In this document: positions 36,597-46,972 of the stretch, in pieces
Layout of the letters: each line of letters starts with the position of its first letter
How positions within the stretch are numbered: position 1 is the stretch's first letter
From: Caldisericaceae bacterium
GTDB lineage: Bacteria > Caldisericota > Caldisericia > Caldisericales > Caldisericaceae
DNA: 64,000 nucleotides
NCBI GenBank assembly: GCA_049967855.1
Contig: JBMFRX010000002.1
Coordinates: 1-64,000 of the forward strand
Reading direction: 5' to 3'
The notes under the pieces: generated by a model
Seen by the model: only the letters and a program-made list of their open reading frames with translations
Database searches by the model: none
What the model was told of the DNA's origin: nothing
Made by a program: the position numbers and the translations under genes

Positions 36597-37282
36597 TGGA
36601 TATCGGTAAAGCATTAAGGGAAAAAAGAGAAGAACTTGGTTTATCACTTGATGATATAGCGGAAAGAACTCTTATAAGGCAGTATTATCTTGAGGAGATT
36701 GAAGATAATAAATTTCCTTCGTACGATGGTTACACTGCTGCATACATTAGAAAATATGCCGAATCCCTTGGTCTTGAACCTGAGCCTCTCATTGAACAAT
36801 ATAAAGAGCTTTTCAAGGGGAAGGAAGATGTTTTAAAACCGAAGGACAAGCACAGGTCAAATTCATTAGCTGTTATTGTTATAGTTATTGCTATAATCGG
36901 TTTGTTGCTACTTATAGTTTATAATAACAGGGTGAAAGCTCCTACGGTAAATCCTTCCCAGGAAACCTCAAATCCCTCTTTGCCAGTAACGCCTGTAACG
37001 CCATCTCAGCCAAATCCTTCCCAAAATAACCAGACATCTCCTCAAGAAACAGGGGTGCACCTCGTATTAAAAGGGACTGGTCTTTGCTGGCTTGGGGTGA
37101 CTATCGATGGTAAATATTCTCAGACTTACATTCACTCAGGTGAAACACTTGAGTTCAAGGGAACGCAATATATTACAATCCGTTATGGTTTTGCTCCATA
37201 TGTCAGTGTCACAAAGAACGGCAAAGAGCTTGGGGTAGTTAGCACTAAAAATAAGGTTGTTGAAATTACTTACACTCCTTGA
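36596..37282 (+). CDS. rodZ: RodZ-like HTH / TM / DUF4115 protein
   Basis: N-terminal HTH (LREKRE..GLSL..IA..T.I), single TM, Pro/Gln linker, C-terminal beta domain; usual neighbour of rimO. Confidence 0.8.
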   Translation: MDIGKALREKREELGLSLDDIAERTLIRQYYLEEIEDNKFPSYDGYTAAYIRKYAESLGLEPEPLIEQYKELFKGKEDVLKPKDKHRSNSLAVIVIVIAIIGLLLLIVYNNRVKAPTVNPSQETSNPSLPVTPVTPSQPNPSQNNQTSPQETGVHLVLKGTGLCWLGVTIDGKYSQTYIHSGETLEFKGTQYITIRYGFAPYVSVTKNGKELGVVSTKNKVVEITYTP

Positions 37283-37300
37283 TTTTAATAAGTAAAAGGT

Positions 37301-38620
37301 ATGGTTATGAAAAGAGAGCGTGTTTCTATAGTAAGCCTTGGTTGTCCAAAGAATCTTGTGGACAGCGAAAGGATACTTGGGATTTTCAATAAAAATGGTT
37401 TTACTGTAACATTTGATGCAGATGAAAGCGATATTGTTGTTATTAATACTTGTGCTTTTCTTCAATCGGCACGTGAAGAGTCTCTTGACGTTATTGGTGA
37501 ATTTGCTAGCAAGAAGAATAAAGGCCTTATCAAGAAAATTGTTGTAGCAGGTTGTTATCCATCGCTTGATGGCAAAGCTCTTAAAGAAAGATTCCCTGAG
37601 ATTGACGCTATAATTGGCACCAATAATATAGGCGATGTTGTTGATGCCGTAAAGAAAGGCAAAATAGATATTTCAAGAAAATATGAACCATTTATGTACC
37701 AACGCGTAAAAGCGACTCTTCCACACTATGAGTATCTTAAAATAGCTGATGGCTGCAATCATAGATGCGCTTTTTGCATAATCCCTAAAATTAAAGGGCA
37801 CACCCACAGTTTCTTAAAGGAGTCAATTATCAATGAATCAAAAGCTCTCGTAGAAAGTGGCGTTAAAGAGCTCATTGTAATTGCTCAGGATATAACTCAG
37901 TATGGCATAGATTTGTACAAGAAGAATGAATTATTATCGCTACTTGGCGCCATTGATAAGATAGAAGGGATTTCATGGATAAGGCTTATGTATACTTATC
38001 CATCTCTATCAATGCTTGATTTGATTGACTTTATGGTTGATTCGGAGCATATAGTGCCCTATATAGACATTCCTATACAGCATATTAGTGATAGAATTCT
38101 TAAACTTATGCGAAGAGCAACAAATAGAAAAGACATCGAGACTATTTTTACTAAACTCAAGAATAACGGTATTGCCATACGTACATCAGTAATTGTCGGT
38201 TTTCCTCACGAAACAGAAGCTGACTTCAATGAGCTTAAAGGTTTCCTGGCAGATTATCAGGTAGACCATCTAGGAATTTTTGAGTATTCAAACGAGGAAA
38301 AAAGCGTAAGTTATAAGATGACTGAACAAGTATCACCCGAAGACAAGTCGAGACGTTTTGAAGAACTATCTCAAGTTAGAGATTTGAATGCTTTTAAACG
38401 CTCACAAAGCCTTCTTGGAAAGACAGTAGATACAATAGTTGACTACTTTGACGAAAGTGCTAAAAAGTTTGTTGGTAGAACTATTTTTGATGCGCCTGAA
38501 ATCGACGATATTGTTTATTTTATGGGAACGCAGACTTCAGGCGAGATACTTAAATCCAAAATTGTTAATGCAAAGCCATATGAGTATGTTGCAAAGAGAA
38601 TTAAGGAAAGCCGAAGATGA
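37301..38620 (+). CDS. rimO: Ribosomal protein S12 methylthiotransferase RimO
   Basis: SLGCPKNLVDSE, NTCAF, GC, CNHRCAFC, DAPEID. Confidence 0.95.
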   Translation: MVMKRERVSIVSLGCPKNLVDSERILGIFNKNGFTVTFDADESDIVVINTCAFLQSAREESLDVIGEFASKKNKGLIKKIVVAGCYPSLDGKALKERFPEIDAIIGTNNIGDVVDAVKKGKIDISRKYEPFMYQRVKATLPHYEYLKIADGCNHRCAFCIIPKIKGHTHSFLKESIINESKALVESGVKELIVIAQDITQYGIDLYKKNELLSLLGAIDKIEGISWIRLMYTYPSLSMLDLIDFMVDSEHIVPYIDIPIQHISDRILKLMRRATNRKDIETIFTKLKNNGIAIRTSVIVGFPHETEADFNELKGFLADYQVDHLGIFEYSNEEKSVSYKMTEQVSPEDKSRRFEELSQVRDLNAFKRSQSLLGKTVDTIVDYFDESAKKFVGRTIFDAPEIDDIVYFMGTQTSGEILKSKIVNAKPYEYVAKRIKESRR

Positions 38621-39159
38621 GGACATTCATTGCATTGAAAACGCCTCCTTTTGAGGAAGAGCTTTTCGCAATCGAAACAAGCTATAAAGAAATTATTAGT
38701 GATGTTAGTTGGGTTGGATGTGATAATTTACACGTTACTGTTAAGTTCCTTGGTGAAATTGACGCGAAGATTCTGATTGATGTTGGCAATATGCTGCAAA
38801 TAATAGCTGAGAAACAAAGCCCTTTCAATTTTTCTATCTCAGGAGTATCTGGTTTCCCTGTCAGCAGTAACGCGCGAGTACTATTTTTCAGGATAGACGA
38901 TGGCTACCATACAATAAGCTCTCTGATGAAAGAAGTAAGCCTTAGCCTGACTAAATTTGGTTTTGAGGAAGAGAAAAGTTATGTTCCTCACATTACTTTT
39001 GCAAGGGCGAAGCGTTCACCTGTTAATCTTGATAAAATAGCATTTGAAAGATTTACAATTCAATCAAAAGCAACAGGTTTGATTATTATGAAAAGCGATT
39101 TATCTAGAGGAGAGCCAGTTTACTCTGTTGTAAGTGAATTTGATTTCTTTGGCAAGTAA
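38617..39159 (+). CDS. thpR: RNA 2',3'-cyclic phosphodiesterase (2H family)
   Basis: MRTFIA, LHVTVKFLG, PHITFAR. Confidence 0.9.
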   Translation: MRTFIALKTPPFEEELFAIETSYKEIISDVSWVGCDNLHVTVKFLGEIDAKILIDVGNMLQIIAEKQSPFNFSISGVSGFPVSSNARVLFFRIDDGYHTISSLMKEVSLSLTKFGFEEEKSYVPHITFARAKRSPVNLDKIAFERFTIQSKATGLIIMKSDLSRGEPVYSVVSEFDFFGK

Positions 39160-39249
39160 GTTATAATAAATTGAAGGTTTTTAGAGATAATATTTCTGAA
39201 GTAGCTAATTTTTAATAATATTTTAAGAGCGGAAAAAAGGAAGGTAAAG

Positions 39250-40293
39250 ATGGCAAACAATGCGAATAACAATGAGCAAGATAAAGAGCAAGCCTTAAAG
39301 CTTGCTATGGCGCAAGTAGAGAAGGATTTTGGTAAGGGTTCAGTTATGCGATTGGGAGATAGGCAGTCTGCTTTAAATATTGAAGCGATACCTTCTGGTA
39401 TCTATTCATTAGATAAAGCACTTGGAGTAGGGGGATTTCCTCGCGGTAGAATCGTTGAGATTTTTGGCCCCGAAGGTGGAGGCAAGACCACTCTATCTCT
39501 TGAGGCTATCGCGATGGCTCAGAGGAGTGGAGGCAAAGCTCTTTTTGTTGATGTAGAGCATGCTTTTTCCCCAGAATACGCTCAGAAACTTGGAGTAGAT
39601 GTTGAGAACCTAATTATCTCTCAGCCTGATTATGCAGAGCAGGCGCTTGAGATAATTGATACCTTTGTGAGGTCAGGTGCTATTGATATTTGTGTTCTTG
39701 ACTCAGTTGCAGCACTTGTCCCAAAAACAGAGCTAGAAGGAGACATGGGCGATTCATTTATGGGAGTACAGGCTCGACTTATGTCGCAGGCTCTAAGGAA
39801 ACTTGCTGGTTCTATCAGCAAATCTAAAACCGTTATGATTTTTATTAATCAGCTTAGAGAGAAAATAGGAGGCTACGGAAATCCTGAAGTAACACCTGGA
39901 GGCCGTGCTCTTAAGTTTTATTCTTCTGTGAGAATTGATGTGAGGAGAACTGAGAGCATCCTTGGAGATAATGGGCAACGAGGCAACAGGATTCGCATTA
40001 AAATTGTTAAGAACAAGGTTGCTCCACCATACAGAGAAACTCAAGTTGATTTGATTTTTGGTGAAGGTGTTTCAAAACTGTCTGACGTGTTCGATTCTTC
40101 AGTAGAGTGTGGAATAATTAAGAGGTCTGGCTCTTTTTATTCTTTTGGCGACATTAAGTTGGGTCAGGGAAAGGACAATGCTGTTAAACTTATTCAAAAT
40201 AATGCTGAACTTCTCGAAAAAATAAAGAAAGAGCTCGATGAAAAATATTTCCCAAAATCAGTCAAAGAGGAAGAAGAACCAGTTGAAAAATGA
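39250..40293 (+). CDS. recA: Recombinase RecA
   Basis: GPEGGGKTT, DSVAAL, ARLMSQALRKL, GGRALKFY. Confidence 0.98.
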   Translation: MANNANNNEQDKEQALKLAMAQVEKDFGKGSVMRLGDRQSALNIEAIPSGIYSLDKALGVGGFPRGRIVEIFGPEGGGKTTLSLEAIAMAQRSGGKALFVDVEHAFSPEYAQKLGVDVENLIISQPDYAEQALEIIDTFVRSGAIDICVLDSVAALVPKTELEGDMGDSFMGVQARLMSQALRKLAGSISKSKTVMIFINQLREKIGGYGNPEVTPGGRALKFYSSVRIDVRRTESILGDNGQRGNRIRIKIVKNKVAPPYRETQVDLIFGEGVSKLSDVFDSSVECGIIKRSGSFYSFGDIKLGQGKDNAVKLIQNNAELLEKIKKELDEKYFPKSVKEEEEPVEK

Positions 40294-40720
40294 CGATCGT
40301 GAAATGAATTATGCGCTTTTTCTTTTGGCACGCAAGGACTATTCAAGCAAAGAGATTTTTGATAAGATTGCCTTGAAGTTTGACAGAGAAAAAGCAAATG
40401 TAGTTGTTGAGGAGCTGTTGAGGAGAGGTTTAATTTCTGACGAACAGTATGCGGTGAAAATTATTCAAAAATATGCTTTTACTAAAAAGTATGGCTATTT
40501 GAAGGTTGAGGAAGAACTCAGAAAAAGAGGCATAAATAAAGACGTCTACTTGGAACTATTGAATGATATGTATCCACTAGACAGAGAGCTTGAAAATGCT
40601 AAGCACTTTTTACGCATAAAACCACCTGAAAAAATCCGCTTTTATCTCTTAAGCAGAGGCTTCAGGTTTGATACTGTTCAGAAATTACTCTCCGGTTTCA
40701 ATCATGTTGAACTAACTTAA
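40283..40720 (+). CDS. recX: Regulatory protein RecX (start uncertain; TTG at 40283 chosen)
   Basis: ALFLLARKDYS..E, D..YA, G..K...EL..RG, LLSRGF; directly follows recA. Confidence 0.85.
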   Translation: MKNDDREMNYALFLLARKDYSSKEIFDKIALKFDREKANVVVEELLRRGLISDEQYAVKIIQKYAFTKKYGYLKVEEELRKRGINKDVYLELLNDMYPLDRELENAKHFLRIKPPEKIRFYLLSRGFRFDTVQKLLSGFNHVELT

Positions 40721-40739
40721 GAAAAAGATTGAAAGGGAG

Positions 40740-42305
40740 GTGATTATATTGTTTAGCGGAGATGTTCCATATTTTTTGTATGTTGTAATAACGATCCTTA
40801 TGTTTGTTATAGGAGCTTTCATAGGTTGGGTTATAGAAGGATATATCTATAAGTCAAAAATTGGCTCAATAAATGAATACTTTAAAAAGAAAGAGCAGGA
40901 TTTTGAAAAAGAAGTTGCACAGGAAAAGCGAGAACAAGCACTTCAGATAAAAGAGGAGCTTGAGCGAAAATCTTTTGAGCTCGAGAAAAAATACAAAGAA
41001 CGTCAGAGAGAAATACAGGAAATAGAAGACCGCCTTTTGAAAAAGGAAGAATTTGTAGACAAACGTCTTTTGACAGTTGATAGGCGAGAAAAAGATCTCA
41101 TCAAAAGAGACGAAGAAGTAAACGCTCTGAAGCTTTCCCTTAGCGAAAAACACCAGCAAATCGAAGACGAACTTTACAAAGTTGCCAATCTTTCTGCTGA
41201 GGAAGCACGTAATATAGTGCTTAAAAAGGCGGAAGAAGAAATACAGAAAGACTATGCAAAGCGGATTGCTCAAATAGAAGAGGAAATTAAAGAAAATTCC
41301 GAGCAAAAAGCGAAAGTCATTCTCTCGCAAGCAATGGAGAGTTGCTCTATTGAATATGTATCGGAGACAACTGTTTCAGTAGTCCCTTTGCCATCGGACG
41401 AGCTTAAAGGAAGAATAATAGGAAGAGAGGGTAGGAATATTCGTACCTTTGAAACTCTTACAGGGGTTGACATTCTTATTGATGATACACCCGAGGCTGT
41501 AACATTATCATGTTTTGACCCAATGCGGAGAGAGGTTGCAAGAAGAACTCTTGAGAAGTTAATCATTGACGGCAGAATACACCCTGCAAGGATTGAGGAA
41601 TTTGCGCAGGAAGCAGAAAAGGAACTTGAAGTTGCCTTAATAAAAGAAGCAGATGATGCACTTTCAAGTATCTCTCTCTTTGGCTTTAATACAGAACTTA
41701 AGAAGCTAATTGGACAGATGAAATTCAGAACAAGTTATGGACAGAATCTATTGCAACACTCTCTTGAAGTAGCTGTAATAGCAGGGATCATTGCAGAGGA
41801 ACTTGGTGAGAATGTTGTGCTTGCAAAAAGAGCGGGTCTCCTGCACGATGTTGGAAAGGTAATTACCGCAGAAAGTGAAGGCCCTCATGCTATTGTTGGT
41901 GGAGATATACTGAGGAAGCTTGGCGAGAATGAAGCTGTTGTGCATGCAGTTCAGGCACACCACAACGATATTAAGCAAGAAACTGTCCTTGACGCAATAA
42001 TCCAGGTTGCAGATACGTTATCCGCAACTCGTCCTGGAGCTCGTCGCGAGAACCTTGAAACTTACATTAAAAGAATGGAAGAGCTCGAGAAGATTGCATC
42101 TTCTATTCAAGGAGTTAAGAAGGCTTTTGTTGTACAGGCAGGCAGAGAAATAAGAATAATTGTCAATCCTGAAGAGATTCACGAAGAGGAGGCGTTTAAA
42201 ATTTCTCACGACATTGCCAAAAAAATTGAGCAGGAGATGGTATATCCTGGAATAATAAAAGTGACAGTGGTTCGTGAGACAAGATATATAGACTATGCAA
42301 AATAG
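40740..42305 (+). CDS. rny: Ribonuclease Y
   Basis: N-terminal TM, coiled coil, KGRIIGREGRNIR KH domain, LLHDVGK HD domain, RPGAR. Confidence 0.97.
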   Translation: MIILFSGDVPYFLYVVITILMFVIGAFIGWVIEGYIYKSKIGSINEYFKKKEQDFEKEVAQEKREQALQIKEELERKSFELEKKYKERQREIQEIEDRLLKKEEFVDKRLLTVDRREKDLIKRDEEVNALKLSLSEKHQQIEDELYKVANLSAEEARNIVLKKAEEEIQKDYAKRIAQIEEEIKENSEQKAKVILSQAMESCSIEYVSETTVSVVPLPSDELKGRIIGREGRNIRTFETLTGVDILIDDTPEAVTLSCFDPMRREVARRTLEKLIIDGRIHPARIEEFAQEAEKELEVALIKEADDALSSISLFGFNTELKKLIGQMKFRTSYGQNLLQHSLEVAVIAGIIAEELGENVVLAKRAGLLHDVGKVITAESEGPHAIVGGDILRKLGENEAVVHAVQAHHNDIKQETVLDAIIQVADTLSATRPGARRENLETYIKRMEELEKIASSIQGVKKAFVVQAGREIRIIVNPEEIHEEEAFKISHDIAKKIEQEMVYPGIIKVTVVRETRYIDYAK

Positions 42306-43941
42306 TCTAAAATTCCCAGAAGAACTAACTTTTCTTCCCGCTGTTCCAGGTGTTTATTTAATGAAGGACCTGAGCGGGAAGATTATTTATGTAGGTAAGG
42401 CTAAATCACTCAAGCACAGAGTTGCCTCTTACAGGCATCCTCATGATCCCAAGACGGCGGCTCTGTCTTCTAACATAGCTACTGTTGAATTCATTGTCAC
42501 CTCTTCACAGGACGAAGCATTGTTGCTCGAAAACAACCTAATCAAGAAATATCTACCTCACTATAATATAAGGCTTGTAGATGACGAGAACTATCCTTAT
42601 ATTAAAATAACGGATGAGAAGTATCCGCGCATGATGAAAGTTTACCATATCAGAGGAGAAAATGGCTTTTATTTTGGACCTTTTCCTTACGGTCGTGCAG
42701 TTGACCTTACTATTAAAGCTATTCGCAAAATTTTTCCTGTCAGGACTTGCAATGTCAAAATCAACGACAAGAAGCCTATCACTCCTTGCCTTGCATATCA
42801 CATAGGTTTGTGCACTGCTCCTTGTGCCAACAAGATTAGTGAAAAGGAATATGCAACGATTGTAGATTCGCTTAAACGTTTTCTAAATGGCGAAACAAAT
42901 GGCGTAATAAAACAACTAAATTCATTACTTGACGAAGCAAAAAATAATATGAAGTTTGAAGAGGCTATTATTTACCGTGACGAACTGAAAAGCATTGCGT
43001 CTCTGATGGAAAAACAACGCGTAGTTGTCAATCAAAATGTTTCTTTCGATGTGTTTGCAATGGAAGTTGGTGAAAAGCTTTCTTGTGTTGTAAAGGTGAG
43101 CGTTCGTAGCGGCAGAGTTCTTGCATCCTATCCTTTCATAATCAATACTCCAAAATATGATACGAAAGGAGAGATTATACAGCAATTCATTATGATGTAT
43201 CCTTTTCATGCACAGGCCGATAAGATTTATTTTGACTTGTCAATTCCAAATAGAGTTTCTTTGGAGCATTTTATCTATGAAAAAACAGGTCGCAAGGTAT
43301 CTCTATTGAAAGCTCGTGGTGCTTTGTTTAAAGATATACTTTCCTTTGCACACGATAATGCTAAGACTCAGCTTTTAAGCTATTTAGAGAAGCACAACGG
43401 ACTGGCTGAAGAGCATTTAATGTTATCAATAAAGGATTTGCTTAGACTTACGCGCATTCCCAGAAGGATTGAGGGGTATGATATTTCTAATGTAAGTGGG
43501 GTGTTTGCAGTTGGCTCAATGGTTGTTTTTGAGAATGCAAAACCATCGAAAAAAGAGTACAGGAAGTTCCGAATTCGTCTCTTCAATAAGCCTAATGATT
43601 ATGGGATGATGTTTGAAGTACTTGCGCGGCGTTTCAAAGAAAAAGACGCTAATTTTGCTTCCTCAAAACCAGATTTACTTTTAATTGATGGAGGGCTTGG
43701 TCAACTTGCCGTAGCTTCCAAAGTTAAGTCGTTCCTGAATGTAGATGTTGACATTGCCTCTATTGCCAAGAAGGAAGAGCTTATATATGTTGAGGGTTGT
43801 AAAGAACCAATAAAGTTAGAGAAAGGTTCTAAGGAGCTTATGTTGCTTCAGCAAGTGAGAGATGAGTCTCATAGATTTGCCAAAGCTTATTTTTCAAAAT
43901 TGCATATCAAGAGTATAAATCAAACAAAAAAAAGGAGTTGA
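42295..43941 (+). CDS. uvrC: Excinuclease ABC subunit C (no C-terminal HhH domain)
   Basis: PGVY..IYVGKAK GIY-YIG, Cys cluster, UVR domain, IEGYDISN, IDGG.GQ, RDESHRFA. Confidence 0.93.
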   Translation: MQNSLKFPEELTFLPAVPGVYLMKDLSGKIIYVGKAKSLKHRVASYRHPHDPKTAALSSNIATVEFIVTSSQDEALLLENNLIKKYLPHYNIRLVDDENYPYIKITDEKYPRMMKVYHIRGENGFYFGPFPYGRAVDLTIKAIRKIFPVRTCNVKINDKKPITPCLAYHIGLCTAPCANKISEKEYATIVDSLKRFLNGETNGVIKQLNSLLDEAKNNMKFEEAIIYRDELKSIASLMEKQRVVVNQNVSFDVFAMEVGEKLSCVVKVSVRSGRVLASYPFIINTPKYDTKGEIIQQFIMMYPFHAQADKIYFDLSIPNRVSLEHFIYEKTGRKVSLLKARGALFKDILSFAHDNAKTQLLSYLEKHNGLAEEHLMLSIKDLLRLTRIPRRIEGYDISNVSGVFAVGSMVVFENAKPSKKEYRKFRIRLFNKPNDYGMMFEVLARRFKEKDANFASSKPDLLLIDGGLGQLAVASKVKSFLNVDVDIASIAKKEELIYVEGCKEPIKLEKGSKELMLLQQVRDESHRFAKAYFSKLHIKSINQTKKRS

Positions 43942-43947
43942 TGTTAA

Positions 43948-44304
43948 ATGAAGTCACGTTTCATATGGGGATTGTTTATTAACTCGGTGGCTTTTTATCT
44001 TGTGAGCCTTGTTGTTCCTGGGTTCGTTTTCACTAACACTGTCTCAATTATCATTGCAGCATTAGTGCTTGGTATTGCAAACACAATTATAAAACCCATT
44101 TTCATGCTAATTTCAATACCTTTCACTATACTTACGCTTGGCCTATTTATCTTTGTTGTAAATGGAATAGTTATAGAGATAGTAGCATTTCTTTCGCCAG
44201 GCTTTTCGATAACATCTTTTGGAACAGCGGTTTTAGGAGCCTTTCTACTTTCTGTGTTCAGCACTGTTCTCACGTGGTTGTTGTTTCCAAAGAGGGTTGG
44301 CTAA
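43948..44304 (+). CDS. YvlD/phage-holin-4-like membrane protein
   Basis: N.IIKPI...S.P...LTLGLF..VVN motif. Confidence 0.85.
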   Translation: MKSRFIWGLFINSVAFYLVSLVVPGFVFTNTVSIIIAALVLGIANTIIKPIFMLISIPFTILTLGLFIFVVNGIVIEIVAFLSPGFSITSFGTAVLGAFLLSVFSTVLTWLLFPKRVG

Positions 44305-45561
44305 TTGGGTAGCAAAGTAGTTCTTGTAGAAACAATTGAGCCTCAGAGAAAAATAATTTCAGAGGAATTGTTTAACGAATTTAGGCTTCTAATAGAAACT
44401 CTTAGCTTTGAGATTGTTGTTGAGACAAGTCAGGTGATAAAAGATGTTAATTTCGGCTACTTCATCGGGAAAGGCAAAGTAGAAGAAATAAAGCAAATTG
44501 TTAGACTAACCGCTGCCAATTATGTTTTCATAGATGCTTCGCTTACGTATCTTCAGCTTAAAAATTTGACTCGCGAAATAGGAGTTCCCTGTATTGATCG
44601 ACCAAGGCTCATATTAATGATTTTTTCCAAACGTGCTAAAACTGCTGAAGGGAAAATAGAGGTTGAACTGTCAGAACTAAAGATGCGATTGCCCGAAATA
44701 GTGCACAGTGACACCAATCTTGACCAGCAAACTGCTTCACTAATGGGGCTCAAAGGTCCAGGGGAAAGAAAAACTGAGCTTAAACGCAGGTATATAGAAA
44801 AAAGGATTCAATCATTGGAAGACAAGCTGAAAGTGATTAAGAAAAATAGAGAAGAACGAAGAAAAAAGCGAAAGAAAAGTGGAGTACCTCTTGTAGCAAT
44901 TGTTGGATACACGAATAGTGGAAAATCAACCATTATGAACAGGCTCTCTTCCGTCAATGATGCTTACGTGGAGGATATGCCTTTTGCAACACTCGACACA
45001 CTTGTACGCGATACTGATTTTGGAGATAATTTCCATGTTTTACTCATAGATACGATTGGTTTTATTAGAGACCTTCCACACTCTCTCATTTATTCTTTTC
45101 ATTCTACTCTTGAAGAAATACTTGATGCCTGGCTTCTTCTGAACGTAACAGATATCTCAGATGCAAACTTTCCTGAGAAAATGCAAACTGTTGCTGAAAC
45201 CGTTGAAGAGCTTGGAGCGAAGGATATACCAGTAATTAATGTTTTCAACAAAACAGATAAAGTCTCTGAGGATACGTTGAATGAGCTAAAATGCAAATTC
45301 AAAGATGCGGTTTTTGTTTCAGCGCTCAAAGGAGATGGAATTTCGGATTTGAAAAGTGCTATCGAATCAATGCTCGGCAAGTCACTCGTAAGAGAAAACA
45401 TTTTCATCCCATCTGACAGAGTGGATGTATTGAATTCTTTAGAGCAGTTTGGAAGAATACTTTCAAGAAGAGTTCTACCCACAGGGTTTGTCCTGGAGGT
45501 GGAAGCTCCACTTAAAGAACTAAAATCATTCAGCGCCTATTTTATAAAGAGCAAAGAGTAA
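44305..45561 (+). CDS. hflX: GTPase HflX
   Basis: G.GK..E, GPGE..E, GYTNSGKST, FATLD, DTIGF, NKTD. Confidence 0.93.
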   Translation: MGSKVVLVETIEPQRKIISEELFNEFRLLIETLSFEIVVETSQVIKDVNFGYFIGKGKVEEIKQIVRLTAANYVFIDASLTYLQLKNLTREIGVPCIDRPRLILMIFSKRAKTAEGKIEVELSELKMRLPEIVHSDTNLDQQTASLMGLKGPGERKTELKRRYIEKRIQSLEDKLKVIKKNREERRKKRKKSGVPLVAIVGYTNSGKSTIMNRLSSVNDAYVEDMPFATLDTLVRDTDFGDNFHVLLIDTIGFIRDLPHSLIYSFHSTLEEILDAWLLLNVTDISDANFPEKMQTVAETVEELGAKDIPVINVFNKTDKVSEDTLNELKCKFKDAVFVSALKGDGISDLKSAIESMLGKSLVRENIFIPSDRVDVLNSLEQFGRILSRRVLPTGFVLEVEAPLKELKSFSAYFIKSKE

Positions 45562-45562
45562 C

Positions 45563-45637
45563 TGGTGCGCCTGAGGAGAATTGAACTCCTATCTACGGCT
45601 CCGGAGGCCGTCGCTCTATCCGTTGGGCTACAGGCGC
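45563..45637 (-). tRNA. tRNA-Arg(CCG)
   Basis: Reverse complement GCGCCTGTAGCCCAACGGATAGAGCG-ACGGC-CT-CCG-GA-GCCGT...CAGGCGCACCA. Confidence 0.95.
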
Positions 45638-45644
45638 AGCTTTG

Positions 45645-45932
45645 CTATTTCTTTATGAGTATCGAATATAAAGCGAGTATTGCGATGAGAACCGAGATTA
45701 CAGTGTGTAACCTTCCAATAGCTATTGAGCTTTTTACAAAAACAAAGATGATTAAAAGTATGCCAAGAATAACTCGCAGCAATAAACGTGCAAACGGTTT
45801 TGGGTATAACAGACCAAAGAATATAAGAACAACTCCCACAGAAACATAAACAAGAACATTCAAATAAGTTTCTTTTATTAGGCTCGAAAGAATTAATGCC
45901 ACGGCAGCTATGATAACTGCTAACGCATCCAT
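45645..45932 (-). CDS. Small hydrophobic membrane protein
   Basis: 95-aa ORF of ~4 hydrophobic segments, 1 nt downstream of the Fur-family gene. Confidence 0.6.
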   Translation of the reverse strand: MDALAVIIAAVALILSSLIKETYLNVLVYVSVGVVLIFFGLLYPKPFARLLLRVILGILLIIFVFVKSSIAIGRLHTVISVLIAILALYSILIKK

Positions 45933-45933
45933 T

Positions 45934-46350
45934 TTACTTTTTGTTCTTACAGTCTTTGCACAAACCGTATATATTTAAAGATGTTTCCTGTATTTCCCAT
46001 CCTTGGGCTTCTGCAAGTTTTCGAAGATCAGAGAAGTCAAATGGCAAATCCTGAATTTTGCCGCATTTTAAACAAATTAGGTGTACATGATCTTGTGTGT
46101 TACCATCATATCGTTTCTTATTTTCTGTTGTTGCAAGCTCTTTAACAACACCTTTTTTGACAAACAGGTTAACAACGTTATAAATGGTAGCGTAGCTTAT
46201 ACCTGGCAACTCTTTCTTTACGCCGCTGTAGATTTCATATATAGACGGATGTGTATAATTGTTTTTCAGGTAATTATAAATTGCAAGCCTCGTTTTTGTT
46301 ACTTTAAGGTTATTTTCCTTAAGCAATATTTTCAATTCTGTATCTTTCAT
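45934..46350 (-). CDS. Fur-family regulator, PerR-like
   Basis: LKVTKTR, HPS..EIY, ATIYN, RYD....H.H.IC..CG, C..C. Confidence 0.9.
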   Translation of the reverse strand: MKDTELKILLKENNLKVTKTRLAIYNYLKNNYTHPSIYEIYSGVKKELPGISYATIYNVVNLFVKKGVVKELATTENKKRYDGNTQDHVHLICLKCGKIQDLPFDFSDLRKLAEAQGWEIQETSLNIYGLCKDCKNKK

Positions 46351-46390
46351 AGCACATATTATATTTATATTTCAAATTATTACAAAACAA

Positions 46391-46972
46391 TTATTTACAA
46401 TGACCTTCTAGTTTCTGTTTCTCTGCTCTCTTGTAAACCACAAGTTGTCCAAAATCTTCTGGGACTATTTCAAGAATTTCAAAAGGCAGATTTTTAGCAT
46501 CTTCAATCTCTTGAGAGATTTCTGTCTTTTTGCCAAGAACTACAAGAGAGGTTTCTTTGGTAACAGGCAAACTCCAAGAAAGAACAGTTCTTATTCTGTT
46601 GACTGCTCTTGCGCAAACAACGTCAAAATGCTCGTTCAATTTTTTGAGATCATTTGCGTCAATATTGAAAAGCTTAACGTTTTCAAGGTCAAGATAAGTT
46701 TTAACCTGACTTAGAAAGTCTATATGGGTCTTTTTCCTATCAACAAGATAAAATGATGCCGAAGGCATCATAATTGAAAGTGGTATTCCTGGAAACCCAA
46801 CGCCTGTCCCAATATCCAGTACTTTATCACCGCTCTTAACATACGGAAGATATATTTTTGCTTCCTCGACATGTTTGCTCATTAGAGCGTGTTTCTCGAG
46901 TGGTGACATTGTCACTGCACGTTTTGGCGCTTTCATGATGAGCTCTAAATACATTTCAATTTTATCCTGCAT
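46391..46972 (-). CDS. rsmG: 16S rRNA m7G527 methyltransferase RsmG
   Basis: KH..., LDIGTGVGFPGIPL, FDVVCARAV; start placed at the ATG after GGAGG. Confidence 0.88.
   Translation of the reverse strand: MQDKIEMYLELIMKAPKRAVTMSPLEKHALMSKHVEEAKIYLPYVKSGDKVLDIGTGVGFPGIPLSIMMPSASFYLVDRKKTHIDFLSQVKTYLDLENVKLFNIDANDLKKLNEHFDVVCARAVNRIRTVLSWSLPVTKETSLVVLGKKTEISQEIEDAKNLPFEILEIVPEDFGQLVVYKRAEKQKLEGHCK

Noticed and set aside
43948..44304. Prophage suggested by a holin-family protein
   Set aside because: YvlD-like genes commonly sit beside uvr genes on chromosomes; no other phage genes are nearby.
45565..45849. 94-aa plus-strand ORF
   Set aside because: Antisense to tRNA-Arg(CCG) and to the small membrane protein gene.
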